Shown here: positions 30,264-42,800 of the stretch, piece after piece
Position numbering within the stretch: position 1 is the stretch's first letter
Layout of the letters: every line of letters begins with the position of its first letter
Assembly (NCBI GenBank): GCA_963791045.1
Contig: CAWBQK010000010.1
Location: forward strand, 1 to 64,000
Reading direction: 5' to 3'
DNA length: 64,000 bases
From: Candidatus Latescibacterota bacterium
GTDB taxonomy: Bacteria > Krumholzibacteriota > Krumholzibacteriia > WVZY01
Made by a program: the position numbers and the translations under genes
The notes under the pieces: model-generated
Seen by the model: the letters and a program-made list of their open reading frames with translations, nothing else
The model's database searches: none
What the model was told of the DNA's origin: nothing

Positions 30264-33200
30264 GAAGCGTCGTCGTCTTCTTTCTTATCTTTGCCGTTCT
30301 TTTTCTTGATCTTCTTCAGCTTCTGGCCGTATTGCGCCCATCCCATGTCTCTGATTTTCTTGTCCTCGGGAACGTGATCGTCGAATTCGGCTGAGTCGAC
30401 ATCGATATTGTGAGAGTCGGCGGACAAATCGACAAACACATCGTCACGAACTTCGGCCGGACCGCGGTCGGATTCGTCCTGAGCCCGATCGACTTCTTCT
30501 TTTTCATCCGCCTTCTCGAAGGACGGCGACTTCCACAGAGAGCGTGTGGGATCATCTTCTTTCACGGTCTCATCGACCGCTTCGGTCTCGACCGCCTCAT
30601 CATCATCCGCCCAGGACATCGCACCCCCTGTCAGCTCTTCTTCGTCCCATTCCGACACAGAGTCGGCGGGCCCTACTTCCGTCGGCGTGCCTGTCTCTAT
30701 CGGCCCCAGAATGTCTTCTACCGACACGTCGTCGATGGGGCTCGGAGTCGTGTCATTATGGTGGTCGATCGGCTCGACAAACGAGGGCTCGGCAGGCGCC
30801 TGAGGGCGTGGTTTCGCCGGGTCGGAACCTTGCGCGCCAAACGAGGTCAGCGCCTCGCCGCGGGTAAGGTAGGTGCTGATTATCGAGTGCAATTCGAGAA
30901 GACTGAATATTTCGTAGAGATCCTGGTTCATTCCGCATATCGCGAGCGATCCGCCCCAGCTTCTCACTACTTCGTTATATTTGGCAACAAGACCCCACCC
31001 TGTACTCGATATGTAATCAACATTCGAAAAATCAAGCATCAGGAAAATCGGTTTGGACTGGAGTTTGTCTTTCAACTCGCCGTCCAACCGATCCACCGCC
31101 ACGGCTTCGATCGGACCTCTGGCGGTCCCGACGAGGACCCCGTCAGACTCTTCCCAACGCGCCCACTCATTGCCATGACTCACTAACGGTTTCAAATTGA
31201 TTTCTCTGCGTACGGGGGCTTCGGGAATCGGTGGCTCAACCGGTGGCTCAACCGCCTTTTCAACCGGCGGCGCTTCCAATTCCGTCGTTGGCTCGAACGT
31301 CGCGGGGGCCGGCTCTACATGCGCGTCCGCCGGCGTTTGAGGATGATCTGTCGGCTTACCGCCGGCCACGCTGTCAAAATCCTCGATAGCGTCGGTCAAC
31401 ACATCGAAAGAAGAAAGTACGATGTTGAAACCAAGCATCGTAAATATGTAGAAGACGTCGGGGTCCATCCCGAAGAGCTTTATGTCGCCATCGTGTCTTC
31501 TGACGTCTCGAAGGCGCTCGGTAAATGTGCCCCAACCACCACTACTGACATACTCGACGAGCGACATGTCGATTACGATTCTGTAGATGCCGTTCTGAAT
31601 GACTTTGTCAATTGCCTGTCGCAAGTTCTCAGCGCTTACCGTGTCGATAATTCCAGTGAGGGACAATACGGCGCTGTTCCCGGTTGCCCCGACGGTCGCC
31701 GCTTCGATCCGCAGGCTGTCCCACTCGGTGACTTCGGTCTCCACCCTCTGCAGTTCTTTGGACGGCTCCGCATCCTCGCCCCCTCCGGCGAAACTCTCCT
31801 CGATCTCGGACGCAGGACCCAAAGGCTCAACGCGGGCCACAAGAGGAGATTCGACGGGCGCCGCCGGTGCCGCCGACATTCGCTCATCCACGGGCTTCAT
31901 GAAGTAACCGCACGCCGCTTCGATATCGGGCAGCGCCTTTAGAATGTCGCTAAAACCAAGAAGTTCATATACGTCATAGACTTCGGCTGACATCCCGACG
32001 AGCACCACGTCGCCACCCTGCTCACGAAGATGTTTGACCTCGCCGACCATAATACCCCAACCACCGCTCGAAATGTAGGAGACACTGGAGAGGTCCACAA
32101 CCATCTTAAGCGCGCCCCTGGCGATAATATCGTTGAGTTTCTGTTCGAGCGCGGTGGTGGACACGGAATCGAGATGACCGTCAATGCGCAGGATCGTGAC
32201 ATCGTTGGCATCCCGGACGACGTTCAACTCGAGGTCGCCGACGACTTCCATTTCTTCGTTGTCAAAAATACTGTCTATCGATGACGCATCGAATGCGGGT
32301 TCGCGAGGCGGCGGAGCGGTGACGCCATCGTCAGTGCGTGAAATGGACGTATCAATCGTGTCTGGTATAAACCGTCCCAGTTCATCGAGGAAATCGGGTT
32401 CGGGCTCCGGTTCCTGCTCCACGGCGGGCGTTTCCGCGGACGGCTCCTCGGCCTGTGGCGCTTTCAACAGGTCTTCGACCATATCGCGGCTGCTTCTCCG
32501 TGCCGCCGCCTGGTCTTCCTCGTAGAGCTGGTGCCGCTTGAGATACTCTATGCGGAGTTCTTTTGTATTGAGACCCAGACGCTTCAACTCGTCGTACACC
32601 ATTCTTTGCGTGATCTGACGCGATTCATCCTTGTCCTTGTTGAATTCTTCGGCGATTCTCTTCGCACCCAGCTCAGGGTTCGCTTTCACAACCGCGAGAA
32701 GCGCCTTGCGCTCTTCGATGCTCACCCGTTTGAGATCGACGTCCTGCCGCAATACCTTGTTTTTAACCCGCGCTCGCCCATCACCTCCATCCGCTTCCTA
32801 TATTTGTAGAACGTCGAGGGAGACACCTTCATCTTCGCGCAGGCTTCCTTGACGCTTACGCCCTCGACTTCGACCATATCGATGAGCTTTTTGCGGATGC
32901 CGGACAGAACATCGTCCGCCGTCAGCTTCTCTTTTACGGCGACGACAGTGATATCATCGTTCTGTGGCTCCCGCCGGTAAACGCTTTAATTTCCTTCTCA
33001 AGACGCTTGATAAACTCTTCGGGATGGAGATGACCGTATTTCTTTATGGTTTCGATGAGGCGGTCCTCGCCGAACTGCTCCCGTCTCTCGTTCATCGCTT
33101 CCGTGACGCCATCGGTGTAAATCAGAAGCATGTCGTCTTTTTTTAGCTTAATTTTCTCGAGACTGATCGACTTGCGGAACAGCTGGTCATCGGGAAGACT

Positions 33201-34936
33201 GATGCCGACCGGGAAACCCCTTGGGGTTGAGGAAATAGGTCTCGTTGCTCTCGGCACGGTAGAGAATCATCGGATTGTGCCCGGCGCTCGCATAGCTAAT
33301 GATCCTGTTCTTCGAATCGAGAATCACGTAGAACATCGTAACGAACATGCCCTTTCGCATGTCGTCCGTAACGAAGTCATTCATTTTGGCCATCACGTCG
33401 GAAGCGTTCTTGTTGCCTCTTGCTTCCATCCGCAGCGCCGTACGGATCATCGTCATAACCAGCGAACCGGGGACGCCCTTGCCGGATACATCCGCGACCA
33501 CGACGCCAAGGGTATCGTCATCGACCTGGACGAAGTCGTAGTAGTCTCCGCCGACCTCTTTCGCCGCCTGGTAGTAGCGGCGCGATGTCGTAGCCACTGA
33601 TGTCGGGATGCTTTTTGGGAAGCAGCGCGTGCTGGATCTGCTTGGCGACCTCGATCTCCTTCTGGAGTTTTTCATGTTCGAGGACACTCTCCTGCGCCTT
33701 TTTGAACTTCTGGGTGATTTCATTGAAAACCGACGCGATGGCACCGATTTCAGCCGGGCCCTCGACACTGATCTTTCCGTCAAGAGACCCCTGGCCGATC
33801 GCGCGGACACCATCGGTCAATACCTGGATCGGCTTGACGAATACCGACACGAGCGCCGCGATCAACAGAACGCCGATGAGGAAAAATCCAACAAGGATAA
33901 CCGACGTCAAAAGCCTTGGATCGGCGATAGTGGCTTCGACAGCATCCTCCCACACGCCGAGATGGACGCTGCCGAGGACGAGATCCTGGCCCGTCTCTTC
34001 GGCGCGGAGCCGAACACGGAAGTCGATATCCCGAACCGGCCTCTCCATGTGTTCGTAGCGGGTCCAAACCACGCGGTCGTCTTCGCGAAGGATCTGATCC
34101 CCTCCGGGATCATTGTACTCGGAATAGATCTCATCGATAATGCTCGACGAAAGTATTGTCCCCTCCGAATCAACGACTCTTACATAGCTCAACTCGTCGT
34201 TGCCCTCAAGGATTCGACTAATAAATGCTGTGAGACTGACCTGCTCGACGGAATACTCTTCGGGCTCGAGAAGAAGCGCTTTGCTTCGCTCGGAGAGGTT
34301 TTCCGCAAGCCGTCTCTTCTCGATCCATTGCGAGGTTTTTTGTTCCTTGATCGTGCCCGTTTGCCGGACAAAAACAAAACTCCAGATCGCGGCAATCAGA
34401 ATCAGAAGGCCGAGGCTCGCTCGAAGCGTAAATTTGTATCGAAGCGTACCGCGCCATCCGATACGGCCGGGCAGCGAGCGCGACAAGGCTCCCATGCTCG
34501 ACTTGCTCATAAAGAGCTCGTTACCCGATTCAGCCGCGCGGTACTGGACCTCATCCATCAGGCGGTTTATGAGAAAAACACCCAGGCCGCCCTTACGTCC
34601 CGTTTCCACGTACTGGTCGAGATCGGGATCCTTGACCCCCGCAAAATCGAACCGCTCCCCTGTATCAAACAAACGTATCGATATGTTGCCGGAAGAAATC
34701 TCGGCTTTGATGTGGATTTCGCCGACCACTTCCGAGTAAGCGTGCTTGATGATGTTGGTACACGCTTCGTCCACGGCGAGTTTGGTGTTATTCGTCTCGC
34801 GCGACGAGAACCCCGCCTCGTCACAGCATGTCGAGACAAAATCCCGGACCTTACTCAGCTGTCCCTCGTCCGCCGGGACGCGGAGTTCGCGGACTTCGAT
34901 GTGTTTGTCGACCAGGTTTGCGGGACCACTTGCCAT
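30260..34936 (-). CDS. Fused membrane signalling protein: RsbW-like HATPase, TM, periplasmic domain, TM, HAMP, SpoIIE/PP2C phosphatase, double HTH, 3x STAS (~1,550 aa; about four frameshifts)
   Basis: 'LAVDEACTNIIKHAY..D.G..GGLGVFLI..LMDEV'; two TMs; HAMP; PP2C 'VGGDYYD', 'ADVSGKG', 'YTDGVTEA', 'DDIT'; three 'Y(I/V)SSxGWG' STAS domains. Frames switch near 33580, 33215, 32965 and 32760. Confidence 0.85.
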
Positions 34937-34939
34937 GAT

Positions 34940-36865
34940 TTACTGCCGTTCCTCGAGTTGTTTTAGTCTTTCCTGCGCCTCTTCGATATTCCGCTTCACG
35001 CTCTCGTTTGTCGGATCGATTACGAGAATCTTCTCCCACTCTTCGATAGCCTTGACGTACTGGTCTTTCGCGAAGAACTGCATTCCGCGGAGGAACAGTT
35101 TGCGAATCTGATCTTCCTCATCCGTCGTTAGCGGCGTGAGTTTTCGTTTTGCCAGTGTGAGAAGCTTCTTTGCTTCCTCATGGTTCGGTTCGAGAGCAAG
35201 AAGCCGTTCGAGCCTGGTCATCGACCTCTGGTAATTCCCGACGTTGAAATCCTGAAGCGCGTCGTTATACAGATTGACAATCTCGAGTTGCTTATTCGAC
35301 TGCTCCAGATTCTGACTCTGATCTTCTATCATCTTGCGTATGCGCGCAATCGCGAGACGCGCTTCTTCATTGCCGGGCTCGATCGCCTGAACGTTGTTCC
35401 ACTCGCCGATCGCCTCGGTGAGTCTCGAGTCGCGCTCGAGCTGCCGCGCCTGTGTCTCATGACCGGCAAGCATCTCGTCAATTTTGACCTGCGTCCGGCC
35501 GAGATAATCTTCGGCTTCAGCATGGGTGGAATCGATGGCGAGAATCACTCGCCATTCCTCACGTGACCTCAGATAGTCGTTCTCCTGGTAGAGACGGAGA
35601 CCCTGCGTGAAATGAGTATTGATGGCGGTCTGTTTTTCGAGATCGCGTGCGGCGAGCTCCTGCTCCTGGACGATTTGCCGTGTCAACAGGTCGAGGTGTT
35701 CGGTCGCCTCCCCATCGCCGGGGATAAACTCGAGAACGATTTTCCATTCGTCCACGGCGCCCGGAAGATTGCCATCGTTTTCAAGAATGGTAGCCTGATC
35801 CCGATGCACCTGGACACGAGCGAGGAACGCCCGCTGGATCATCTCCTGATCCTCCCTGACACGCTGCGCGGCAAGTTCTGCGCGTTGTTCATCGAGGGTC
35901 TGGCCGTATGTCGCCGAGAACGTAACGGGGTGTGACGATCCCGCCGTTTCTCGGCTGACGAGCCCGTAATCGAATCCAAACCCGTGAGTCGTCACGCCAA
36001 GACCAAACGAGAAGTTGCTGTCATCGAGCCCGACGCGAAGCGCCACGTATTTGGAGAAAGCATACTCGGCACCCGCTCTCAACTTGCTGTCCGCCTTTTC
36101 GGGCATGTCGAGCTGGAACATCACACGAAGCGCCGAGCCATTGCCGAAACCGTGGGTGTACCCCGCGCCCGCCATGATCGTCCGCGGTGTTCGATCCGCC
36201 TCGGTGTTGAGCTTGTGTTCGGCGCCGACGAGATCCTGGAAATTGAGCCCGATCGAGAATTTGTCGGCGAAATTCGGGATATACCTGAAACCGAGGTCGA
36301 CGCCCGGTGACGTGCTCGAGAACGGGTCCACCTTCTGGTTCACGATCTTTATCGAGGTCCCCGTCGCAATCCGTCCGGCAAGCCACCTTGGAGACCGTTC
36401 AAAGGCGTACCCAACCATAACCTGGGTTTCCGAGTATTCCCCCTCCCCCAACGGGCGGCTGAACGAATCGTAGCGGTCGAACGTGTTGGCGACCCGCATG
36501 AGTCCGATGCCAAAAGCGCCGGCGTTCAACGTAGGGAAACTTGCGCCGAAGAACGTATACGTCGCCTCGGTGAAATCGCCGTAAAGCGGCATATACATAA
36601 AGCTGAGCTGCTTTGTCTGGACATTCCTGAGCGTCGCCGGGTTCCAGTAGAGCGCGCTGGCGTCGTCCGCCAGGGTTGAATAGGCCCTCCCCAGCGAGAT
36701 ACCGCGAGATCCGGCGCCAAGCGAGAACACACTCTGGGTGCCGCCGTCGCCATCCGCGGCGAACGCATGGACGGGGATCAGAAGCACACACAAGAATAGC
36801 GCCGCATACTTAAGAACGTGCTTGCTGTCCTGATACGATTTGGTCATGCCGGTTGTCTTTCTCAT
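34940..36865 (-). CDS. PorV/FadL-like outer-membrane beta-barrel fused to a C-terminal coiled-coil/TPR region
   Basis: Signal peptide, 'LGAGSRGISLGRAYSTLADDASALYWNPA' (PorV family start), 'GAEY..LRVG', then about 300 aa of TPR helices. Confidence 0.85.
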   Translation of the reverse strand: MRKTTGMTKSYQDSKHVLKYAALFLCVLLIPVHAFAADGDGGTQSVFSLGAGSRGISLGRAYSTLADDASALYWNPATLRNVQTKQLSFMYMPLYGDFTEATYTFFGASFPTLNAGAFGIGLMRVANTFDRYDSFSRPLGEGEYSETQVMVGYAFERSPRWLAGRIATGTSIKIVNQKVDPFSSTSPGVDLGFRYIPNFADKFSIGLNFQDLVGAEHKLNTEADRTPRTIMAGAGYTHGFGNGSALRVMFQLDMPEKADSKLRAGAEYAFSKYVALRVGLDDSNFSFGLGVTTHGFGFDYGLVSRETAGSSHPVTFSATYGQTLDEQRAELAAQRVREDQEMIQRAFLARVQVHRDQATILENDGNLPGAVDEWKIVLEFIPGDGEATEHLDLLTRQIVQEQELAARDLEKQTAINTHFTQGLRLYQENDYLRSREEWRVILAIDSTHAEAEDYLGRTQVKIDEMLAGHETQARQLERDSRLTEAIGEWNNVQAIEPGNEEARLAIARIRKMIEDQSQNLEQSNKQLEIVNLYNDALQDFNVGNYQRSMTRLERLLALEPNHEEAKKLLTLAKRKLTPLTTDEEDQIRKLFLRGMQFFAKDQYVKAIEEWEKILVIDPTNESVKRNIEEAQERLKQLEERQ

Positions 36866-39800
36866 TTCGCCACCGCCATTTTGATCCGCGTCGATTTCGA
36901 ACCCGCATCGAGCTGGCAGATATACATTCCGTTCCGGACTACTTCGCCCTTCATGTTGCGGCCGTCCCAGGTAACCTCCTGGGGGCCCTCCCCGGTCCCC
37001 GGTTCACCCTGTGAAAATTGCTGCTCGTAGACGAGCGAACCCCGCAGGTCGTAGACCCTTATCGAGACGGGCCCGGCGCTGTCCATAATATAGGCGATCC
37101 GCGTCAACTCGGACCCCGCCTGGAACGGGTTGGGATAGTTGTGCGCGTACTCTTCGAACTCATTGCTCAGGATAACGAGCGGCTGAGAGCGGATGCGGCC
37201 GTTGATGAGTTGGCCGGTGTCCTTGTCGACCACGGCGATCGGCCGCCCAGAGTCATCTTCCTTGACGGCGATCGAGAACGGGCCGTGGAACGAAAGGACG
37301 ATTTCATCGAGCTGGGCGTTGTCGGCGATGCTCACCGCGAAGACAAACGAGTCTGCGTCCGCCTGCTCGAGGATGATCCCGCCGGCGTCTATAATCATCG
37401 GGTTTTGCGTGATGACTCCGTCTATTTGAGATGCAGGATCACCTCGCCGATAAACGTAGAATTCGCTCAGCGTCCGCGACGGCTCGTCGACTTCGCGCCC
37501 GTTCTTGTCGAGAACGGTCACACGGAAAGTGTCGATCCGGACCCGTTCGGCACTATCGTCGAGGTTCGCCACCTCAACGGCCAACATGTCGATGTCGGAT
37601 GTGCCTTTTGGCACCACCATCGCTTCAATTCCGATGTCGCTTGAGAAATCGTCCACGGTGACGGCGTTCGACTCGGTCTGGATCGCGATCGGAACGGGTG
37701 AGCTCGAAACAACCGCGGCGGAGCCGGTGTTCTCATCGTTGGGAATCGAATCCATCACTACGCGGATGAGTTCTAGCGAAGTGAACCTGATGGGTGCACG
37801 AACTTGCCACGTTACGGTTTGGCCAACCACAAATGGCTGCAATGCATCTCCCGATACAATCGTGTATTCGAATTCTGGGTCTAGATCCGGAAGTTCGATC
37901 CTAAGCCGCGCGCCGGCCGTATCCACCGCCGCCAGGCCGAGATTATCAACCCGCGCTTCGATATCAAACACAGTGCCAAACGCCACGCGACCATCTTTTG
38001 CCTCATCGGGACTCGTGATCGATGCCGTGTACTCGAGACGCGCCTTCGTGACCGTCGTCACCGACAGCGTGTCGCTGAACGCCTCGATGTTCTCGCTCGA
38101 GTTCTGGTCGAAGCCGTCATACGTCACCAGGAATGAGACCTCACCGGGAGTCGCCGGCGCATCGATACGCCATTGCACAGCTTTTTCGCCACCATCGCCG
38201 TCACCCAGCGAACGGACGCTCGGATCGATCACCTGGCCGACGGAGCCCGACAGGACCTCGAGTGTCGCCGTGATATCCGTCGTGGTCGCCTCGGCAAGCG
38301 TCCGTGCCTGAATCGTGTAACGCTGGTCGGTGCTCACCGAATCGTCCATTGCGCCGTCCGGTGAAATCACCTCAAAGACAAGCGGTGTAAAACCTGCCTG
38401 CTCGACAATCTCGAGGGTCACGGGCGCCGTTCCGGTGGTCACGACGGCCACGTCGCCGCTGTTTCTCTCAATCGGACTGTTTGTAATGTCGACTTCGAGA
38501 ACCTGGTTCGTCGCGGGGAGTTCGGGCGCGCGGATGTCCCACTGAACCGGTGCGCCGACAACAAATGTCTGAGTCGCCGGTGATCCCGCGTCGATCGTGA
38601 ACCCCACCGGCACCGTAAGCGTGAGGGTTCCCGAGTTGTCCACCAACGACTGTCCGTTATTCGTGACGAGCGCCGTAAGTGTGAACGGCTGCTCCGTGCT
38701 CAACGTCGTCGCGTCAGGCGGGAAAGTAACGCTTGCCGCCACGTTTAGATCGGCCGGCGTCTGAATGAGCATATCGATCCAGCCGTCGTTGCTCGTGTTG
38801 TCCGACACGTCCTTGTCCCCGTCGATATCGTACCCGACGAAGGTCCCGTCAATCCGAAGCGCGCCGGACGGTCCCGTCGTCGTGCCGGTCGACTCGACAT
38901 TGAAGACGAGCGTATCAACCGCACCAGACCGAAGCGAATCATCGCCGGATATCTGGAATACCGCCACATCGGGGATCGTGTACTCGGTCGTCACGTTGCC
39001 GGCACCCGAGACACTGATAGAGAGCTTCGTGAGATCGGGCTTGAGCTGGAGCGCCGCAGCACCGTCGTTACGGACTATCATGCGCACCTGCCAATCCCTC
39101 AGCTGCCCTGCAGTGACACTGTCCTGCGAGGCCAACATATCAACAATAACGACCGCACTCTCGGCGCCGATGGTGACCCGGTCGCCCGCGAGCGTAAAGG
39201 ATTTTGAATAGTTGTTACCGTTCTCCGTGCCCACGATGTCAACGGTGACGGGGTAAACACCCTCTGTAAACGTGCTCGGGATCGGGACTTCCTCAAAGGA
39301 CAGCGTGGTATCGGTTCCCGCGAGGATCGCGCCTACCTGAGACGCGTCTAGACGCGGTTGGATCGTCGTGACTCCGTCGGTGAACGAGAACTTCGTCCGG
39401 TCCGCGTCGAGCACCAGTGTCGCCGCGCCAACGATCTGGCTTACGTCGATTCTGAATGTGGCCGGCTCGCCGGCATTGACATTCTTGGGAAGCAGGGTGC
39501 CGGCGATATAGGTCGGATTGGGCTCGAGCTGGACCTCCACGCTCCCCGCCTGCTCAGCGGGCGTCACTGGTGTACTCTGGTTGAGCTCGGTTCCCTCGAT
39601 GTGCGCGGTGAAGGGCTGATTGCCGAAGCCGTCGCTGAAATCCTGGGTTTGCGGGATCGTAAACGTAAGGATCGTCGACGCCCCACCGGCAAGCAACAGC
39701 GATCCCACAGGGCCCGTGACCCGCGCGGGAATGCCGTTCGCAAACTCGATATAGGTTCTCGCCGGATCGTTGCTCAGCTGCACCTCCGCGCCGCCGTCGT

Positions 39801-42800
39801 TTGTGACGCCGACGCTGATCGTCCAGTCGTTCTCCTGGAACTTCGTCACCGGGTCCTGCGACGGCGTGACGGACGTAATCCGGATATCCCCCGGTGTCTG
39901 AACCGTAACCTCGTCGCCCGAGACCGGGCCGACCGTCTGTTCGTCATCGGGGCTGTTTGCATCCTCGGCCGTCACCTGTCCGCTGATGGTATAGGTGTCG
40001 GGCGCTCCCGTGTCGGTCACGTCGAAGACCAGGGTATCCAGCTCGTTCTCCTCGAGCTGCACACCACCGCCCTGAAGCGCGTTCCGCGGCGTCGCGTTCC
40101 ATCCGGCATCAGCAGGATCGAACGCCACCGACGCCGAACCCGGTAGTAAGAGATCGAGCGCCGCTTCGCCGCTGTTCCGGACCACCATCCGGATCTGCCA
40201 GCTGGTCTGTCCCTCGGTGACGGTAGGCCGGCCTGGCGTGATACCGACGATCTCGAGGACGCCGGGCAGCTCGACGAAGAGCGCCCCCATCCCACCGGTC
40301 GACGTGTCGACCGAGATGGGGTCGTTGTTCACGAGATTGGTCGCATCGAGGAAACCCTCGATCGTATAGGCACCCGCAAGAGGCAGTGAACTTCCATTCA
40401 CCACGACGTCAAACGTGATGCTGCCGTTCGTGCCGCCCGCGAGGGTGTCCGAGCCTGAGTCGAAAACGCCCGGCGGCGTGAATATAAACCGGCCGGACTG
40501 GTTGACCCCCGCCCGGATGAACTCAATATCCGTGTCGTCGAGACGAATGTCCGCGCCGCCCCTGTTTTCGACGTTGAGCGTGACGGTGAAGGACGCCGAT
40601 TGATTGTTCGTGATCGTGTCCTGCGAGGTTGTGGTTGACGCGATCGCGACATCCGTCGCTTCGAGAACCTCGATCGATTGGGCAGTCAACATGAACTCGC
40701 GCTTGAATCCGTTGTCCATGCCGACCACGCGGACCCGCGGTATGTACGACGGACTGGCATCAGACGACACGAGGGTCGACTGGAAGGTCAGTGTTTCCGA
40801 ACCCGCGCCGGGAATCGTCGTCTCACCGACCAACGGGGCATCGAACGATTGGCCGTCGAACCAGAAACGTGTCGAGTCGGGAATGAGAACGAGATCGGCG
40901 CCGCCGTTGTTTGTGGCGGTAAACGAAAAGCTTACCGAGGTTTGGCGGCTCACATCGAGCGGCACCAGACCACCGCCGTATGTAATGTCGGCCGGCGTCT
41001 ACGACGTCTCACCAGGTCATCGGGATCAACATCGGCCGTGTTCAGGACCGTCGGAGAACGACCCGCCGTTCTCGTACCCTCCAGGTGAATCTCAATCGGG
41101 ATAGCTTCCCCCGTGAAAAGCCGTTGGCACAACCACATCGTCGAATACGATCGTCTGCTGGGCCCCTCCGCTGATCGCAACGGGCGCCGCCAAGAGCGCG
41201 GTATACACGTATGCCCGTGCCGTCGTTGAATGTGATGAAGCTCAACGTCTCGTCGAGCGTCACCGTGGCTTGCGCCGGTATTCTGAACGTCAAGAGAGAA
41301 TCCATAACTGTCGTCCGCGCGTCACGACAGGCGGATCGAGAGTGCTGCCGATATACGCGAGATCCGCGGCGCTTTCGATCGTCCAATTGCCGAGCGGATT
41401 GGGCGATACGTCATCGTCACTCACCGGCGCGCCGTCGACAGTCCCCGACACGGCGGCGTTGATCGTGAACGTGCCGAGTTCGGATGTCGGTCGCACGGTC
41501 ACGCTCAGGGGAATCGTGACCCTCTGCGGGGCCTGCGGGGTTCCGGGGGGAACCGAAACCGCTGGAGAAATGGTTTGTGAGACACCGTCGTACGCGCCGC
41601 CGGAGAACGTAAAGGACACAAAGTCGATGAGCGCCTCGACAGGGCCCTGGTTCTCGACGGTCACCCGGATGACTCCCGTCTGTCCGCGGCTTACCGGCGA
41701 GTCGGCGCTGATGCCCAGAATCTCGATCGCCGTCAGGCGGAGCGAATTGACCGGGAGTGAAACGCCCGCCTTGGCATAGTCGGACTCGTATTCGTCCCGT
41801 CCGACAAAATCGACGACGGGCGTGTACTGCCCCGGATCCATTGCGCTGCTGATCTGACTCGATGAAAACGTAAGAGTGTCCGTCTGCCCGTCAAGGACCC
41901 ACGTCGCCGCCGTGAGGAACGCAGTGAAGGTCTCATTCCCGTCCGAAAACTTGAAAGCCGTTCCACCGAAAAGCCGCACATTGGTGGCGTTTTCGGTCTC
42001 GACATTAACGGTGAAGCCAACTGTCTGCCCGGCCTGCACAATCGATGGGGTCGGCCCGGAAACGACAGTGAGGTTCGGCACCGGCGCGAAGTACGACGTT
42101 GCCGTCGTCGTGGCCACGGGATTATCGAACGCGGTGAGCGTCACAACCGCCGCCTGCACCGTCGTCTCCACTATCGCGCCCGACCGGAGTATGAGCGAGA
42201 CCGTCCCGTCCGACGCGGTCGCCCGCTGGTGGCCCGGCGCGGGATCGACGTCGTCCGATTGAATCGTCCCTCGATCCGTCGAGACGGTAATGAGCGTGCC
42301 CGTGCTGACAATATTTCCGTAAGCATCCTGGATGGGGTCTGTCTGAATCGTGACCTCACTCGCGCCGTTCGCCGTGATCGTATCGGGCTCCGCCGACACA
42401 ACGATGGCATCCGGTATCCCCGGCTCGATCGCAATGGGAACACTCGTTCCCGTCGCCCCACCGCCCTGGGTTTCCGCTTCGATTTGTATCGGTCCGACGG
42501 TCTCCCACGCGAGTGTTGTCGCCGCCTGTCCGCCGGCGAGCTGTATGGGGTTCGTGCCGAATCCCGTGATGGCTCCGCCCGGGAGGACGCGGAGATCAAC
42601 AAAATTTGTCGCGGTCGTCACGAGATTGTCCTGAGCGTCGAGCGCCCGGACGGTAAATCCGAACGCGGTCCCCGCTTCTTCGGTTGTCACATCGGGAATA
42701 ACTTCATAACTCGCAATGTCGCCGGCAATCGATGTCACGGTAAACGTCTTCGTCTCGAGCGCCGGTGGATTCCCGTCCTTGATGCTCGAACGCACGTTGT

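Noticed and set aside
32540-32900. An IS element inserted in the phosphatase gene
   Set aside because: Only the HTH region is present. It reads on from the PP2C domain, and no DDE domain, terminal repeats or target duplication is visible. Kept as a domain finding instead.
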